A stretch of 64,000 bases of DNA from Candidatus Kapaibacterium sp. (GTDB lineage: Bacteria > Bacteroidota > Ignavibacteria > Kapaibacteriales > Kapaibacteriaceae). The notes beneath the pieces are model-generated. The model searched no databases, was not told the DNA's origin, and worked only from the letters and a program-made list of their open reading frames with translations. Positions 1 to 9,635 of this stretch are shown piece by piece (position 1 is the first letter of the stretch; the number at the start of each line of letters is the position of its first letter). The position numbers and the translations under genes were made by a program. The stretch is taken from positions 78,332 through 142,331 of the forward strand of contig JBGAJM010000002.1 in assembly GCA_044224925.1 (NCBI GenBank). Reading direction: 5' to 3'.

Positions 1-229
1 GGCCTTGGACCCGATCTCCACGGGAAAGGTCGAAGAGCTCATTACCCAACTCAAAGACCAATACACCATCGTCCTCGTCACGCACAACATGCAACAGGCC
101 GCACGTGTGAGCGACTATACCGGCTTCTTCCTGATGGGGAAGCTCATCGAGTTCGATCGCACGCGGACGATCTTCACCAGTCCGTCGAAAAAAGAGACGG
201 AAGACTACATCACCGGACGATTCGGTTGA
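1..229 (+). CDS. pstB: phosphate ABC transporter ATP-binding protein PstB, C-terminal fragment (5' end lies outside the window)
   Basis: The 74-aa tail ...[31 protein letters not shown]...[11 protein letters not shown] is a typical PstB C-terminus (H-loop region). TGA is at 227-229 and phoU follows directly. Confidence 0.85.
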   Translation, partial: ALDPISTGKVEELITQLKDQYTIVLVTHNMQQAARVSDYTGFFLMGKLIEFDRTRTIFTSPSKKETEDYITGRFG

Positions 230-245
230 TCGCAAGGACCAGACC

Positions 246-959
246 ATGAACAGAACCTTTGAAGAAGACCTCGATAAACTTCGCACGCGCCTTGTACGAA
301 TGGGGTCGCTTGTCGAAGAGCAAATGGAATTCGCCATTCGGGCACTCAACGAGGGCAATGCAGAGCTGGCCAAGATCGTGACGGAGCGCGACGATAAGGT
401 GGACAAGCTCGACCTGAAGATCGACAAGCAATGTCAGCGCATCTTCGCCCTGAACCAACCGGTGGCCTCAGACCTGCGGCTGTTGCTCACGGCCGTCAAG
501 ATCAACAACGAACTCGAACGCATCGGCGACATGGCCTCCGAGCTCGCCTCCATGGTGATCCATACACCGGCCTCGGTGGAAATGGCACGCCGGATCAACT
601 TCTCGCGCATCACGTCGATCATGTTCAAGATGCTGAAGGCAAGTCTAGATGCCTTCATCAACAACGATCCGGAGATGGCGGCCCACATCCTGCCAACCGA
701 TAGTACCGTCGACACGCTCTATGATTCCCTCCGCTCCGAAGTGGTGGAGCTGATGAAGTCCGACGCATCCCTGATCGACGCCGGCGCGACCCTTCTCATC
801 GCGCTTCACGACGTTGAACGCGTGGCAGACCACGCCACGAACATTGCCGAGAACGTGATCTTCTTGGTCGAGGCAAAGCTCGTGCGACACCGTGCCGTGA
901 ACGACGAGCAGAGCGCCTTCAACCCGATGGAACCTATGGCGGACGCAGACAACGACTGA
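246..959 (+). CDS. phoU: phosphate signalling complex protein PhoU
   Basis: 237 aa with two PhoU repeats containing NNELERIGDMA and HDVERVADHATNIAENV. It lies 17 nt downstream of pstB. Confidence 0.9.
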   Translation: MNRTFEEDLDKLRTRLVRMGSLVEEQMEFAIRALNEGNAELAKIVTERDDKVDKLDLKIDKQCQRIFALNQPVASDLRLLLTAVKINNELERIGDMASELASMVIHTPASVEMARRINFSRITSIMFKMLKASLDAFINNDPEMAAHILPTDSTVDTLYDSLRSEVVELMKSDASLIDAGATLLIALHDVERVADHATNIAENVIFLVEAKLVRHRAVNDEQSAFNPMEPMADADND

Positions 960-983
960 CCGCTTTGTCGTAGATTGCGCCCC

Positions 984-1850
984 ATGTCCACCACCACCAA
1001 AGGCATCATCCTTGCCGGAGGCAGCGGCACCCGTCTCTATCCGATGACGGCGGCGTTCTCGAAGCAGCTGCAGCCCGTGTACGACAAGCCGATGATCTAC
1101 TATCCGCTGTCCACCCTGATGATGGCCGGCATTCGCGACGTGTTGATCATCTCCACGCCGTACGACACCCCCACCTTCGAACGATTGCTCGGTGATGGTT
1201 CCCGATTGGGCATCTCCATCACGTATCGCATTCAGGATGCCCCGCGCGGGATCGCAGAAGCGTTCCTGATCGGGAAGGACTTCATTGGCAACAGCAATGT
1301 ATGTCTCATCCTCGGCGACAATCTCTTCTACGGAAAGCTCGACTTCCTTCGCACGGCGCTCGACGGAACAGATGGCGCAACGGTGTTCGGCTATCGCGTC
1401 ACCGACCCCGAGCGATACGGCGTTGTCGAGTTGGCACCGGATGGAAGCATCCTCAGCATCGAAGAGAAGCCCGAGCATCCGAAGTCGTCGCTGGCCATTC
1501 CTGGTCTGTATGTCTACACCCCCGACGTCTGCACCATCGCAGCCGAGCTCACGCCCGGCAAGCGTGGCGAGCTCGAGATCACGGACGTGCATGCGGAGTA
1601 CTGGAAGCAGAACAGATTGCGCGTGATCGAAATGGGAAGAGGCATTGCCTGGCTCGACACCGGAACACCAGAGAGTCTGATCGAGGCAGGGACCTTCATC
1701 CATGCGATCGAGAAACGTCAGGGACTGAAGATCGGATGCTTGGAAGAGGTCGCCCTGAATCGCGGCTTCATCACGCAGGAAGAGTTTCGTGCCACGGTCG
1801 AGGCCCTCCCCCGCTCCGAGTACCGTCGATACTGCGAGCAACTCCTGTGA
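984..1850 (+). CDS. rfbA: glucose-1-phosphate thymidylyltransferase
   Basis: N-terminal GIILAGGSGTRLYPMT nucleotidyltransferase motif, with RmlA-like sequence throughout. I chose the ATG at 984 over the TTG at 975 used by the ORF track. Confidence 0.88.
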   Translation: MSTTTKGIILAGGSGTRLYPMTAAFSKQLQPVYDKPMIYYPLSTLMMAGIRDVLIISTPYDTPTFERLLGDGSRLGISITYRIQDAPRGIAEAFLIGKDFIGNSNVCLILGDNLFYGKLDFLRTALDGTDGATVFGYRVTDPERYGVVELAPDGSILSIEEKPEHPKSSLAIPGLYVYTPDVCTIAAELTPGKRGELEITDVHAEYWKQNRLRVIEMGRGIAWLDTGTPESLIEAGTFIHAIEKRQGLKIGCLEEVALNRGFITQEEFRATVEALPRSEYRRYCEQLL

Positions 1851-3142
1851 TGGCACCTGCACGTCGATCCATCGTCACCACCTTCCAGGAGTTCGTCCGC
1901 TCGTCCGCATCCGCAGGCATCATCATCGTTGCCTGCACGGCGATCGCCCTACTCTGGATCAACTCGCCGTTTTCGGCCAGTTATCACGCCCTCCTTGCCA
2001 CCCCGCTCCATATCACCGTCGACACGTTCCATCTCGACTTCACCATCGAGCATTTCGTGAACGATGGACTGATGGTGATCTTCTTCCTCGTCGTGGGATT
2101 GGAGATCAAACGCGAGCTGCTCGTTGGTGAGCTCTCGTCGCGGAAGAAGGCCATGCTCCCGATGATCGCCGCTGTGAGCGGCATGCTGGTGCCCGGCCTG
2201 ATCTATGCGCTCTTCAATGTCGGAACACCTGCCATTCGCGGATGGGCCGTTCCCGTGGCCACCGATATCGCCTTTGCCTTGGGCATCCTTGCCTTGCTTG
2301 GCGATCGCGTTCCTCTTGGACTGAAGATCTTCCTTGCCGCCCTTGCCATCGTCGACGATCTGTTGAGCGTCGTGGTGATCGCCTTGTTCTATACAAGCAC
2401 CCTGCACATAGGGAGTCTGCTGTGGGCGGGCGCCATCGTGGTCCTGCTGATCATCGGCAATCGCGCCAACATCCACTCGCTGCTGTTCTACGGACTTGCC
2501 GGTATCGCACTCTGGTTGTGCTTCCTCTCGAGCGGTGTGCATCCCACCATCAGTGGCGTGGTCTTGGCCATTTGCATTCCATCGCGCGCGCGCATCGACC
2601 AGCGATCGTTCCTGCAACGAACGCGCGATCTGGTCGACAGGATCGTTGCCAGAGAAGAGCAGCAGAACGATGCCATCCATGCCTTGGAGACCTTGTGCGA
2701 GCACGTCCAATCGCCGTTGCATCGCATCGAGCATGGACTGCAGCCATGGGTGTCGTTCGGCATCATGCCGCTCTTCGCCATTGTGAATGCCGGCGTGGAG
2801 TTTCGAAGCGACGTGGTCACACATCTCATCTCACCGGTATCGCTGGGCATCATGTTGGGTCTGTTCCTCGGAAAGCAGATCGGCGTCTCGTTCGCCGTTT
2901 GGTTGAGCCTTCGACTGCATTGGGCAGAGCTTCCCGCCAACGTGTCCATGCGCAACATCTATGGCGTTTCCATTCTATGCGGCATCGGCTTCACGATGGC
3001 CCTCTTCGTTGCACACCTGGCCTTCACGTCGAACGCCGATCTCGACATTGCCAAGTTGAGCATCCTGGTGGGATCCTTCGTGAGCGCCATTGTCGGTTCG
3101 TTCCTCCTCCGTTCTTCACTTCCCAAAGCGGCCACTGCATGA
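1850..3142 (+). CDS. nhaA: Na+/H+ antiporter NhaA
   Basis: Internal ATG at 1850 in the frame of ORF 1301-3142; it shares one nt with the rfbA TGA. The 430-aa polytopic protein has the NhaA motifs FFLVVGLEIKRELLVGEL and PVATDIAFALG. Confidence 0.88.
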   Translation: MAPARRSIVTTFQEFVRSSASAGIIIVACTAIALLWINSPFSASYHALLATPLHITVDTFHLDFTIEHFVNDGLMVIFFLVVGLEIKRELLVGELSSRKKAMLPMIAAVSGMLVPGLIYALFNVGTPAIRGWAVPVATDIAFALGILALLGDRVPLGLKIFLAALAIVDDLLSVVVIALFYTSTLHIGSLLWAGAIVVLLIIGNRANIHSLLFYGLAGIALWLCFLSSGVHPTISGVVLAICIPSRARIDQRSFLQRTRDLVDRIVAREEQQNDAIHALETLCEHVQSPLHRIEHGLQPWVSFGIMPLFAIVNAGVEFRSDVVTHLISPVSLGIMLGLFLGKQIGVSFAVWLSLRLHWAELPANVSMRNIYGVSILCGIGFTMALFVAHLAFTSNADLDIAKLSILVGSFVSAIVGSFLLRSSLPKAATA

Positions 3143-3456
3143 TCCTCTACTCCGTAAGCGTTGTTGTCCCGGTGGACCTTGCCGACGAATGGTCGAACTG
3201 GATGCAGACCATTCACATTCCCGATGTGATGGCAACAGGGATCTGGAAGGAGGCACGGTTCTCGCGTGTGCACGAGCCGGTGATGGACTCGCATGTGACG
3301 TTTCAAACGCAGTATCTCTGCAGCTCGTATGACGACTTCGATCGATATCGTGAAGAGCACGCTCCGGCGCTCCAAGCGCATCACAACGAGCTCTTCGGTA
3401 CGCGCGTGATGGCAACGCGCAGCGTTCAGGAAGTGGTCGCGGAATTCACGGCATGA
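3139..3456 (+). CDS. DUF4286-like small protein
   Basis: 105 aa starting MILYSVSVVVPVDLADEWSNWMQTIHIPDVMATG.... This matches my memory of the Bacteroidota DUF4286 family. The start overlaps the nhaA stop as ATGA. Confidence 0.65.
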   Translation: MILYSVSVVVPVDLADEWSNWMQTIHIPDVMATGIWKEARFSRVHEPVMDSHVTFQTQYLCSSYDDFDRYREEHAPALQAHHNELFGTRVMATRSVQEVVAEFTA

Positions 3457-4103
3457 ACCCTCGTTCGTGGTTCACGTCCGCCGTTGGACGTAAGAATGCA
3501 GAGGCGACCACGGGAACGTTGTTGCTGCTCTTTCTGATCGAGCACATGGTGGGCAATCTGCTGTTGCTCCTTTCTTCTCCCGCACTGTATCAGTGGTACA
3601 CCACCACACTCGGACACTCCATCATCGTGCGAGTTCTCGAGGTTGCGCTCTTTGCGTTGTTCGTTGGACATATCGTGATCGGCTATATCATTCGCCGCCA
3701 TCACCGGCGGATCATGCACCAGAAGTCGCACTTGCGCGAGCCGAAGAATCCGTTCACGCGCTACGTGTCCTATACCGGACTTGCCATTCTCATCTTCATG
3801 CTCGTGCACCTGTGGCGCTTTTTCGTGCCCAATCGGATCACGATGGTGGATTCGATCGATCTCTATGCCGAGGCGAATGCAGCGTTCTCGAACGTGTGGT
3901 ATACGCTGTTCTATGTGGCATCCATGGCCATGCTCTCGTTCCACCTCGTGCATGGGATCCGCAATGCTGTGGTGAGCTTCAAGCGCATTCCCAAGCACTG
4001 GATCCCGAAGTTGCGACGTGCATCCGTGTGGGTCGCTGTGATCGTGCCCGCCATCCTTGCCTACACGGTGGTGCACGTCTACGTTCGATCGCTTCTTATG
4101 TGA
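3453..4103 (+). CDS. succinate dehydrogenase/fumarate reductase cytochrome b subunit, b558-family-like (orphan)
   Basis: 216 aa with about 5 TM helices. The N-terminus ...SAVGRK...TG..LLLFLIEHMVGN matches the b558 SdhC/FrdC pattern. His residues sit in the helices (IEHMV, VGHIV, LVHLW, FHLVHG). The start overlaps the upstream stop as ATGA. Confidence 0.65.
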   Translation: MNPRSWFTSAVGRKNAEATTGTLLLLFLIEHMVGNLLLLLSSPALYQWYTTTLGHSIIVRVLEVALFALFVGHIVIGYIIRRHHRRIMHQKSHLREPKNPFTRYVSYTGLAILIFMLVHLWRFFVPNRITMVDSIDLYAEANAAFSNVWYTLFYVASMAMLSFHLVHGIRNAVVSFKRIPKHWIPKLRRASVWVAVIVPAILAYTVVHVYVRSLLM

Positions 4104-4455
4104 GCGTGGCGAGCTGTTCGCGCTGTGCTTTGGTCAGACCTTTCGCTACGAGAGCGTACGACGAATCGATCATGTCGGTGATCACCTGCACGGGAACACT
4201 TCCATCCATGCGCACAGAGCTCCAATGCTTCTTGTTCAGGTGATAAGCCCCCTGAATTGCATCGTAGCGCTCGCGCAATTCGATGGCCTGCTCAGGGTCG
4301 GTCTTCAGCGAAACGGATAACGGCACGGCATCCAATCCTGCAAAGGCAAAGATCTTTCCCATCACGCGGATCGTGAGCGTGTCGGGTCCAAAGGGCATGT
4401 CTTCCGACGTGCCCGGCTTTGCAAGACAGTACGATCGGAACGACTCAATGTCCAT
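4096..4455 (-). CDS. MmcQ/YjbR family DNA-binding protein
   Basis: 119 aa with [32 protein letters not shown]...[10 protein letters not shown], typical of the YjbR/MmcQ fold family. Confidence 0.7.
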   Translation of the reverse strand: MDIESFRSYCLAKPGTSEDMPFGPDTLTIRVMGKIFAFAGLDAVPLSVSLKTDPEQAIELRERYDAIQGAYHLNKKHWSSVRMDGSVPVQVITDMIDSSYALVAKGLTKAQREQLATLT

Positions 4456-4819
4456 CGTGAATTCGAAACTCTTCCACCGGCTTGCCGCCGATAAGATGTT
4501 CCTGGATGATGCGTTCGAGAACCTTTGGTGTGCAGGAGTGATACCACACGTTCTCGGGATGGACCACTGCGATCGGCCCCATCACGCAGACGCGCAGGCA
4601 ATTGGCCTTGGTGCGGAACACCTTGCCGGGCTCACTGAGCTCGAGCTCCGAAAGTCGGTCCTTCAAATAGTCCCAAGCCTTGAGCCCTTCCTCCATGCTG
4701 CAGCACTTTGCCTTTGTTTGGTCGGCACACAGGAAGATATGGCGGGCATGGGTGCCGATGCCGAGTTTGGCGGCCTTCTCGTCGAGTTTGTCGTGAAGGG
4801 CGTTGTCGCGCTTGCTCAT
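4445..4819 (-). CDS. thioredoxin-like [2Fe-2S] ferredoxin family protein
   Basis: 124 aa. Cys pattern [14 protein letters not shown]...[11 protein letters not shown], typical of (2Fe-2S) ferredoxin-domain proteins. It overlaps the downstream gene by 11 nt. Confidence 0.65.
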   Translation of the reverse strand: MSKRDNALHDKLDEKAAKLGIGTHARHIFLCADQTKAKCCSMEEGLKAWDYLKDRLSELELSEPGKVFRTKANCLRVCVMGPIAVVHPENVWYHSCTPKVLERIIQEHLIGGKPVEEFRIHDGH

Positions 4820-5247
4820 GAGATCTCCTGTGCAATGGTCATGTGGCGTGCAAGTGCTGCACGCAGATCGTCGGGAATGCGCCGTGCCTTGCGGGTAACG
4901 GTATCGACACAGACGGTGGTGCAGGTGCCGCGAGCGGCCACCGTACGCTGTCCGTCGTGGAGACGCACGATGGTGATGTCCTGTCGGAACGATGCACGTC
5001 CGATCTCGCCGATGTGCAGTGCAACTTCCACTTCATCATCCAGCATCACGGGTGCGAGGAAGTCGACGTGATACTGCACACGCAAGATGTAGGCACCAAG
5101 GGCCTTCATCCCTTCTGCGCTGTACGGATATCCGCAGTCTCGCATCAACTCCGTTTCGGCGATCTCGAACAAGCGGGTCGATGTTCCGAAGTACATGATC
5201 CCCGCAGGATCGCAATCGCTCCACCGGATCCGGTCGCGAACGATCAC
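4816..5247 (-). CDS. acyl-CoA thioesterase, 4HBT/YbgC-like hotdog fold
   Basis: [22 protein letters not shown]... matches the YbgC-type N-terminus with its catalytic Asp. I chose the GTG at 5247, which overlaps the upstream TGA as GTGA. The ORF-track start at 5412 would overlap the upstream gene by 170 nt. Confidence 0.7.
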   Translation of the reverse strand: MIVRDRIRWSDCDPAGIMYFGTSTRLFEIAETELMRDCGYPYSAEGMKALGAYILRVQYHVDFLAPVMLDDEVEVALHIGEIGRASFRQDITIVRLHDGQRTVAARGTCTTVCVDTVTRKARRIPDDLRAALARHMTIAQEIS

Positions 5248-6113
5248 TTCTTGACCACCAATCCGTTCAGGGCGGCTTGCAACACCGGACTCATCTCTGC
5301 GAAGATCTCTGTCCCGCAATAGCTGAGTGCCTGCACCATGCCCTTGGTCCCCGAATAGAAGTAGGCCAGATAGGTCACGTCCACGCCTTCGTCCTTCATC
5401 TCGATCATGCATGCCGTGATGGGTGTACCGTTCACGATCAGATTCGCGCGTTCCTTCACGGTCACTTCCTTGGCCGACTCCCGCATGCCTTCTACAAAGG
5501 CATCGATGAAGGTGTCGATGGCCAGGAACTGCTTCTGCGAGATCACGGCCACGAAGGCCGTTCCATCCGTATGGGTGAACTCGATGTCGGCACCTTCAAT
5601 GGTCTGCTGCTTGTTCTTCACCCACACCTTCGGGTCGACGTAGAACATCGCGCCTGCCGTCAGTGCATACTTCTTCGTTGCCGACGTCGGCTTGGTGAAC
5701 GTCTTCTGGGCCTGCATCGAGACAGCGCCAAGCAGAACAAGGAGAAGGATCATCGCAGCGGCACGCGCGCGGAACATCAACCGGATCACATAGGACACAT
5801 AGACCCCGCAGAGAATGGACATTGCAGCAAGCGGCCATACTTCGGGCTTGATCTCCGTTTCCCAACCCATCACGACACGAATGGCGCGACCGAGCGAGAG
5901 AAGCGTGGCAAGTGTTCCGAACACCATTACGGCCGCCGATGCTTGAAACACAGGCTTTTCGAATTGCTCCTTGCGAGCAAGGAGCGTGAGTACGAACAAG
6001 ATCGCTCCAAAGCTGGCAGGGATCAGGGTGGCAGGGCGCTGAATGGCAAGGAACGAACCGGTGCCAACGAGCACGAGCAACGAGGCGATCACGAATCGGA
6101 ATCGCTGGATCAT
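5244..6113 (-). CDS. hypothetical membrane protein (4-TM N-terminal part plus C-terminal globular part)
   Basis: 289 aa. The start overlaps the thrS stop as ATGA. I recognise no family. Confidence 0.55.
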   Translation of the reverse strand: MIQRFRFVIASLLVLVGTGSFLAIQRPATLIPASFGAILFVLTLLARKEQFEKPVFQASAAVMVFGTLATLLSLGRAIRVVMGWETEIKPEVWPLAAMSILCGVYVSYVIRLMFRARAAAMILLLVLLGAVSMQAQKTFTKPTSATKKYALTAGAMFYVDPKVWVKNKQQTIEGADIEFTHTDGTAFVAVISQKQFLAIDTFIDAFVEGMRESAKEVTVKERANLIVNGTPITACMIEMKDEGVDVTYLAYFYSGTKGMVQALSYCGTEIFAEMSPVLQAALNGLVVKK

Positions 6114-8032
6114 GCGCCTGGTACGTTCAGTGCAGTAAAGAGAGCCTTCACATCGGTGACGGCCATGGTGCCCTTATCACCCTCGCCATGCTTTCGCACG
6201 GCAACGGCATTGGCTTCGATCTCCTTTGAACCGATCACAAGGGCGAACGGAACTTTCTTCTGCTCGCTCTCGGCGATCTTTCGAGAGATCTTCTCGTTGC
6301 GCACGTCCAGATGCACACGGAATCCCATGGCCTCGAGTTCGGCCGTCAGGTCTGTTGCATAGGAGTAATGCGCATCGGCAATGGGCAATACACTTACTTG
6401 CGTTGGCGCCAGCCAGAACGGGAAGTTCCCGGCATAGTGCTCGATGAGGATGGAAATGAAACGCTCCATCGAACCGAACGGCGCACGGTGAATGATCACC
6501 GGACGGTGCTTTGCGTTGTCGCTTCCCGTGTATTCAAGGTTGAATCGTTCCGGCATGACGTAGTCCACCTGCACCGTTCCGAGCTGCCACTTTCGGCCGA
6601 TGGCATCGCGCACGATGAAGTCGATCTTCGGTCCGTAGAACGCCGCCTCGCCCAATCCGATGAAGTAGTCGAGTCCCATCTCGTCTGCCACATCCTTGAT
6701 CTCTTGCTGCGCGATGTTCCAGAACTCGATGTCGCCACCGTACTTCGATTCGTTCTCGTCGCGGAAGGAGAGTCGTGTGCTCACTTCCATTCCGAAGGTG
6801 CTGAACACCATTTGCGTGAGTTCGGCAACGTTCTTGATCTCTTGCTTGAGTTGATCGTGTGTGCAGTAGATGTGGGCATCGTCTTGCGTGAATCCGCGCA
6901 CGCGCGAAAGTCCGTTCAACTCTCCCGACTGCTCATAGCGATATACCGTCCCGAACTCGGCAAGGCGAAGTGGTAGGTCGCGATAGGAGCGAGGCTTGGA
7001 GGAGTAGATCTGGTGATGGTGCGGACAGTTCATCGGCTTCAACAGATAGTACTCGTCCTCGATCTGAATGGGCGCGAACTGCGACTCCGAGTAGTACGGA
7101 TAGTGTCCGGATGTTTTGTAGAGTTCGAGATTGCCGATATGCGGCGTGATCACTTCCTGATAGCCGCGCTTCGTCTGCTCTTCGCGCAAGAACGCTTCGA
7201 GACGTCGACGTAACAGCGTCCCGTTCGGAAGCCATACGGGCAGACCTCCGCCGATCATGGGCGTGATCATGTAGATCTCGAGTTCGCGACCAAGCTTGCG
7301 GTGATCCCGTCGCTCCGCCTCTTCGCGTTGCTTGATGAAGTCTTCGAGTTGCTGCTTCTTCGGGAACGACACGCCATAGATGCGCGTGAGCTGCTTGCGC
7401 TTCTCGTCACCGCGCCAGTAGGCGCCGGCAACCGACAGAAGCTTCGGATACTTGATCATTCCGGTGCCGGGCACATGGGTGCCCCGACAGAGGTCCGTGA
7501 ACTCGCCTTGACGGTAGAACGTGATCTCGCTGTCCTTCAGTCCTTCGAGAAGCTCGAGTTTGTACTCGTCGTTCTTCTCGGTGAAGTAGGCAACAGCATC
7601 GGCCCAGTTCATCTCGATGCGCTCGTAGGGAACGTCGCGCTTGACGAGCTCCATCATCTTCGCTTCGATGGCCGGCAGATCCTCCACGCTCAGCTTCTTC
7701 TCGCCGGGCAGGTCCACATCGTAGTAGAAGCCCTGTTCAATGGGAGGTCCGATGCCGAACTTCGTGCCGGGATAGAGTGCCTCGAGCGCTTCGGCCATCA
7801 AGTGGGCCGTGGAGTGCCAGAAGATCTCGCGTCCGGTCTCGTCGTCGAACGTGACGATGCGCACCGAGGCATCTGCCGTGATGGGCCGAGAAAGGTCGTA
7901 GGGAACGTCGTTCACAATAATGCCCAGCGCTACGCGCGCCAGACCTTCGCTGATGCTCTTCGCAAGGTCCATACCGGTCGTACCGGAGGCCACTTCGCGC
8001 ACATCGCCGTTGGGGAGGGTGATCTTGATCAT
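6110..8032 (-). CDS. thrS: threonine--tRNA ligase
   Basis: 640 aa from MIKITLPNGDVREV (TGS domain), with class II core motifs and an anticodon-binding domain. I chose the ATG at 8032 over the upstream TTG/GTG extension in the ORF track. Confidence 0.95.
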   Translation of the reverse strand: MIKITLPNGDVREVASGTTGMDLAKSISEGLARVALGIIVNDVPYDLSRPITADASVRIVTFDDETGREIFWHSTAHLMAEALEALYPGTKFGIGPPIEQGFYYDVDLPGEKKLSVEDLPAIEAKMMELVKRDVPYERIEMNWADAVAYFTEKNDEYKLELLEGLKDSEITFYRQGEFTDLCRGTHVPGTGMIKYPKLLSVAGAYWRGDEKRKQLTRIYGVSFPKKQQLEDFIKQREEAERRDHRKLGRELEIYMITPMIGGGLPVWLPNGTLLRRRLEAFLREEQTKRGYQEVITPHIGNLELYKTSGHYPYYSESQFAPIQIEDEYYLLKPMNCPHHHQIYSSKPRSYRDLPLRLAEFGTVYRYEQSGELNGLSRVRGFTQDDAHIYCTHDQLKQEIKNVAELTQMVFSTFGMEVSTRLSFRDENESKYGGDIEFWNIAQQEIKDVADEMGLDYFIGLGEAAFYGPKIDFIVRDAIGRKWQLGTVQVDYVMPERFNLEYTGSDNAKHRPVIIHRAPFGSMERFISILIEHYAGNFPFWLAPTQVSVLPIADAHYSYATDLTAELEAMGFRVHLDVRNEKISRKIAESEQKKVPFALVIGSKEIEANAVAVRKHGEGDKGTMAVTDVKALFTALNVPGA

Positions 8033-8066
8033 GACGGCAAAATACGAAACCCCGCCATGGGCGGCG

Positions 8067-9230
8067 TTACGGTGCCTCGACGGCCTTGGGTGGACGGCGA
8101 CTTCCGTCGTAGATCTCGTACTCGAAGAGCCTGCATTCGAGGTCTGCGCTGTAGAAGACCATGCGCTTCTTGGCCGCCAGACCAACGTGTTTCACCAGTT
8201 CGAGATTGCCGGTGAAGATGTAGGCCCAATAGCCCTTGCACTTCTGCTTGAAGAAGTCGCCAATGTCCGCATACACATCGATCAGCGCCGAGACGTTGCC
8301 AAGGCGCAGACCGTATTCCGGGTTCAAGACAATGGCGCCGGGCGCCGGAGGGATTGGGGTCTCGGTGAAGTCGCACACGCCCGTCTCGATCAAATGCAAC
8401 ACACCGGCCGCCTTGGCGTTCTCGCGCGTGGCCTCGATGGCGCGCCGATCGTTATCGCTGCAGAGCACAAAGGGCGATCGGCTCTTGCGTTCCTTGCTCC
8501 TTGCCTCCTTCACCATGGCATCGAAGACCTTGGGATCGTACGGTTGCACGTGCATGAATCCGAAGTTCGTGCGCGTGAGACCCGGCGCGCGGTTGATGCC
8601 GAGAAGGGCCGCTTCGATGCCGAGCGTTCCACTGCCGCACATGGGATTCACAAAGACGGTGCCTGGCTCCCACTGCATGGAGAGGATCACGGCAGCCGCG
8701 AGCGATTCGCGCATGGGAGCCTTGTGCGGGTTCAGACGATAGCCGCGGTCACTGAGCGATGTGCCGCTCGTGTCGACGTAGATCATGGCAACGTCGGCGT
8801 GCCAATACAGATAGAGCACGGCGTAGTCGTTGCTCGACCCGCTGTCGGGTCGACGTCCGGTCTTATCGCGCATGCGATCGACCACAGCATCCTTGCACTT
8901 GACATTGGCGAACAACGAATTGTCGATGCACGGTGTTTTCACGCTCGAGACCACGCTCACGTATCCGTCGGGATCGATCCAGCGTTCCCATTCTACGCTC
9001 TTGACGCCGGCATACATGGCATCGGGCGATGTGGCCTTCCATTCGTGCAAGCGCAACAGCACACGATGCGCGGTGCGCAACCAGAGATTCAATCGCATGC
9101 AGTCTTCGAACGTGCCCTGCGTTTCCACGCCTGCCTTATGCATGGCAACAATGGGAAGGCCAAGGGCTTCGACTTCGGCGGCAAGGATGCGAGGCAGTTC
9201 GAGCGGACACGTGATCAGGATCGGATACAT
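8067..9230 (-). CDS. THUMP-domain class I SAM-dependent RNA methyltransferase (RlmL/COG0116-like)
   Basis: 387 aa from MYPILITCP.... It has a THUMP-like N-terminus, the SAM-binding motif NPMCGSGTLGIEAAL and the catalytic NPEYG (NPPY-type) motif. Confidence 0.8.
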   Translation of the reverse strand: MYPILITCPLELPRILAAEVEALGLPIVAMHKAGVETQGTFEDCMRLNLWLRTAHRVLLRLHEWKATSPDAMYAGVKSVEWERWIDPDGYVSVVSSVKTPCIDNSLFANVKCKDAVVDRMRDKTGRRPDSGSSNDYAVLYLYWHADVAMIYVDTSGTSLSDRGYRLNPHKAPMRESLAAAVILSMQWEPGTVFVNPMCGSGTLGIEAALLGINRAPGLTRTNFGFMHVQPYDPKVFDAMVKEARSKERKSRSPFVLCSDNDRRAIEATRENAKAAGVLHLIETGVCDFTETPIPPAPGAIVLNPEYGLRLGNVSALIDVYADIGDFFKQKCKGYWAYIFTGNLELVKHVGLAAKKRMVFYSADLECRLFEYEIYDGSRRPPKAVEAP

Positions 9231-9350
9231 GAGAACTCCACGTGAACGCGAATGGAAAGGATGTGCACCGGACCGCGATCGATCCGAGTGCGCAACAAGC
9301 AAATTAGGTGCGATATGCTTCAAAAACACCATTCACAGCCACGGCAACCC

Positions 9351-9635
9351 CTAGATGGTAGATCGCTCTTCCCCATTGAACATGGGGCGCGTATCGATCT
9401 CTAACCGTGCAAGGATCTCCATCGCCTCTTCTCGCGTTGTTCCACACATGTCTTCGCGTGGCTGGAGTGTACCGCAGAATGTAGGGCGTTCGGGCAGACC
9501 GAAGAGTTTGCAGGTGAGATCGGCACGAAGTTGCACGCAGGGTACACCGGCGGGTTTGCCATTGGGCATGCCGGGAATGGCCGATGTGATCGAGGGCGCA
9601 ATGCAGCAGGCTGCGCAACCGGTGCGACAGTTCAT
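9351..9635 (-). CDS. YkgJ-family cysteine-cluster protein
   Basis: 94 aa beginning MNCRTGCAACCIAPS (CxxxCxxCC motif). The start overlaps the aminotransferase stop as ATGA. Confidence 0.7.
   Translation of the reverse strand: MNCRTGCAACCIAPSITSAIPGMPNGKPAGVPCVQLRADLTCKLFGLPERPTFCGTLQPREDMCGTTREEAMEILARLEIDTRPMFNGEERSTI

Noticed and set aside
1301-1849. An N-terminal extension of the nhaA frame (ORF 1301-3142), and similar upstream extensions of thrS (8033-8185), the THUMP methyltransferase (9231-9332), the response regulator (34485-34595) and the giant ORF (56563-56775).
   Set aside because: The extensions overlap neighbouring genes or lack family similarity. Conserved N-termini and signal peptides begin at the internal ATGs I chose.
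645-1862. A 405-codon ORF antisense to phoU/rfbA. Similar long shadow ORFs occur at 9653-10828 (antisense to the aminotransferase), 7301-9245, 1949-2824, and many +strand ORFs inside 45220-56562 (for example 50014-51765 and 52726-53985).
   Set aside because: Each lies opposite a confidently recognised gene. All have Arg/His/Cys-rich compositions typical of non-coding frames. None is needed to explain any gap.
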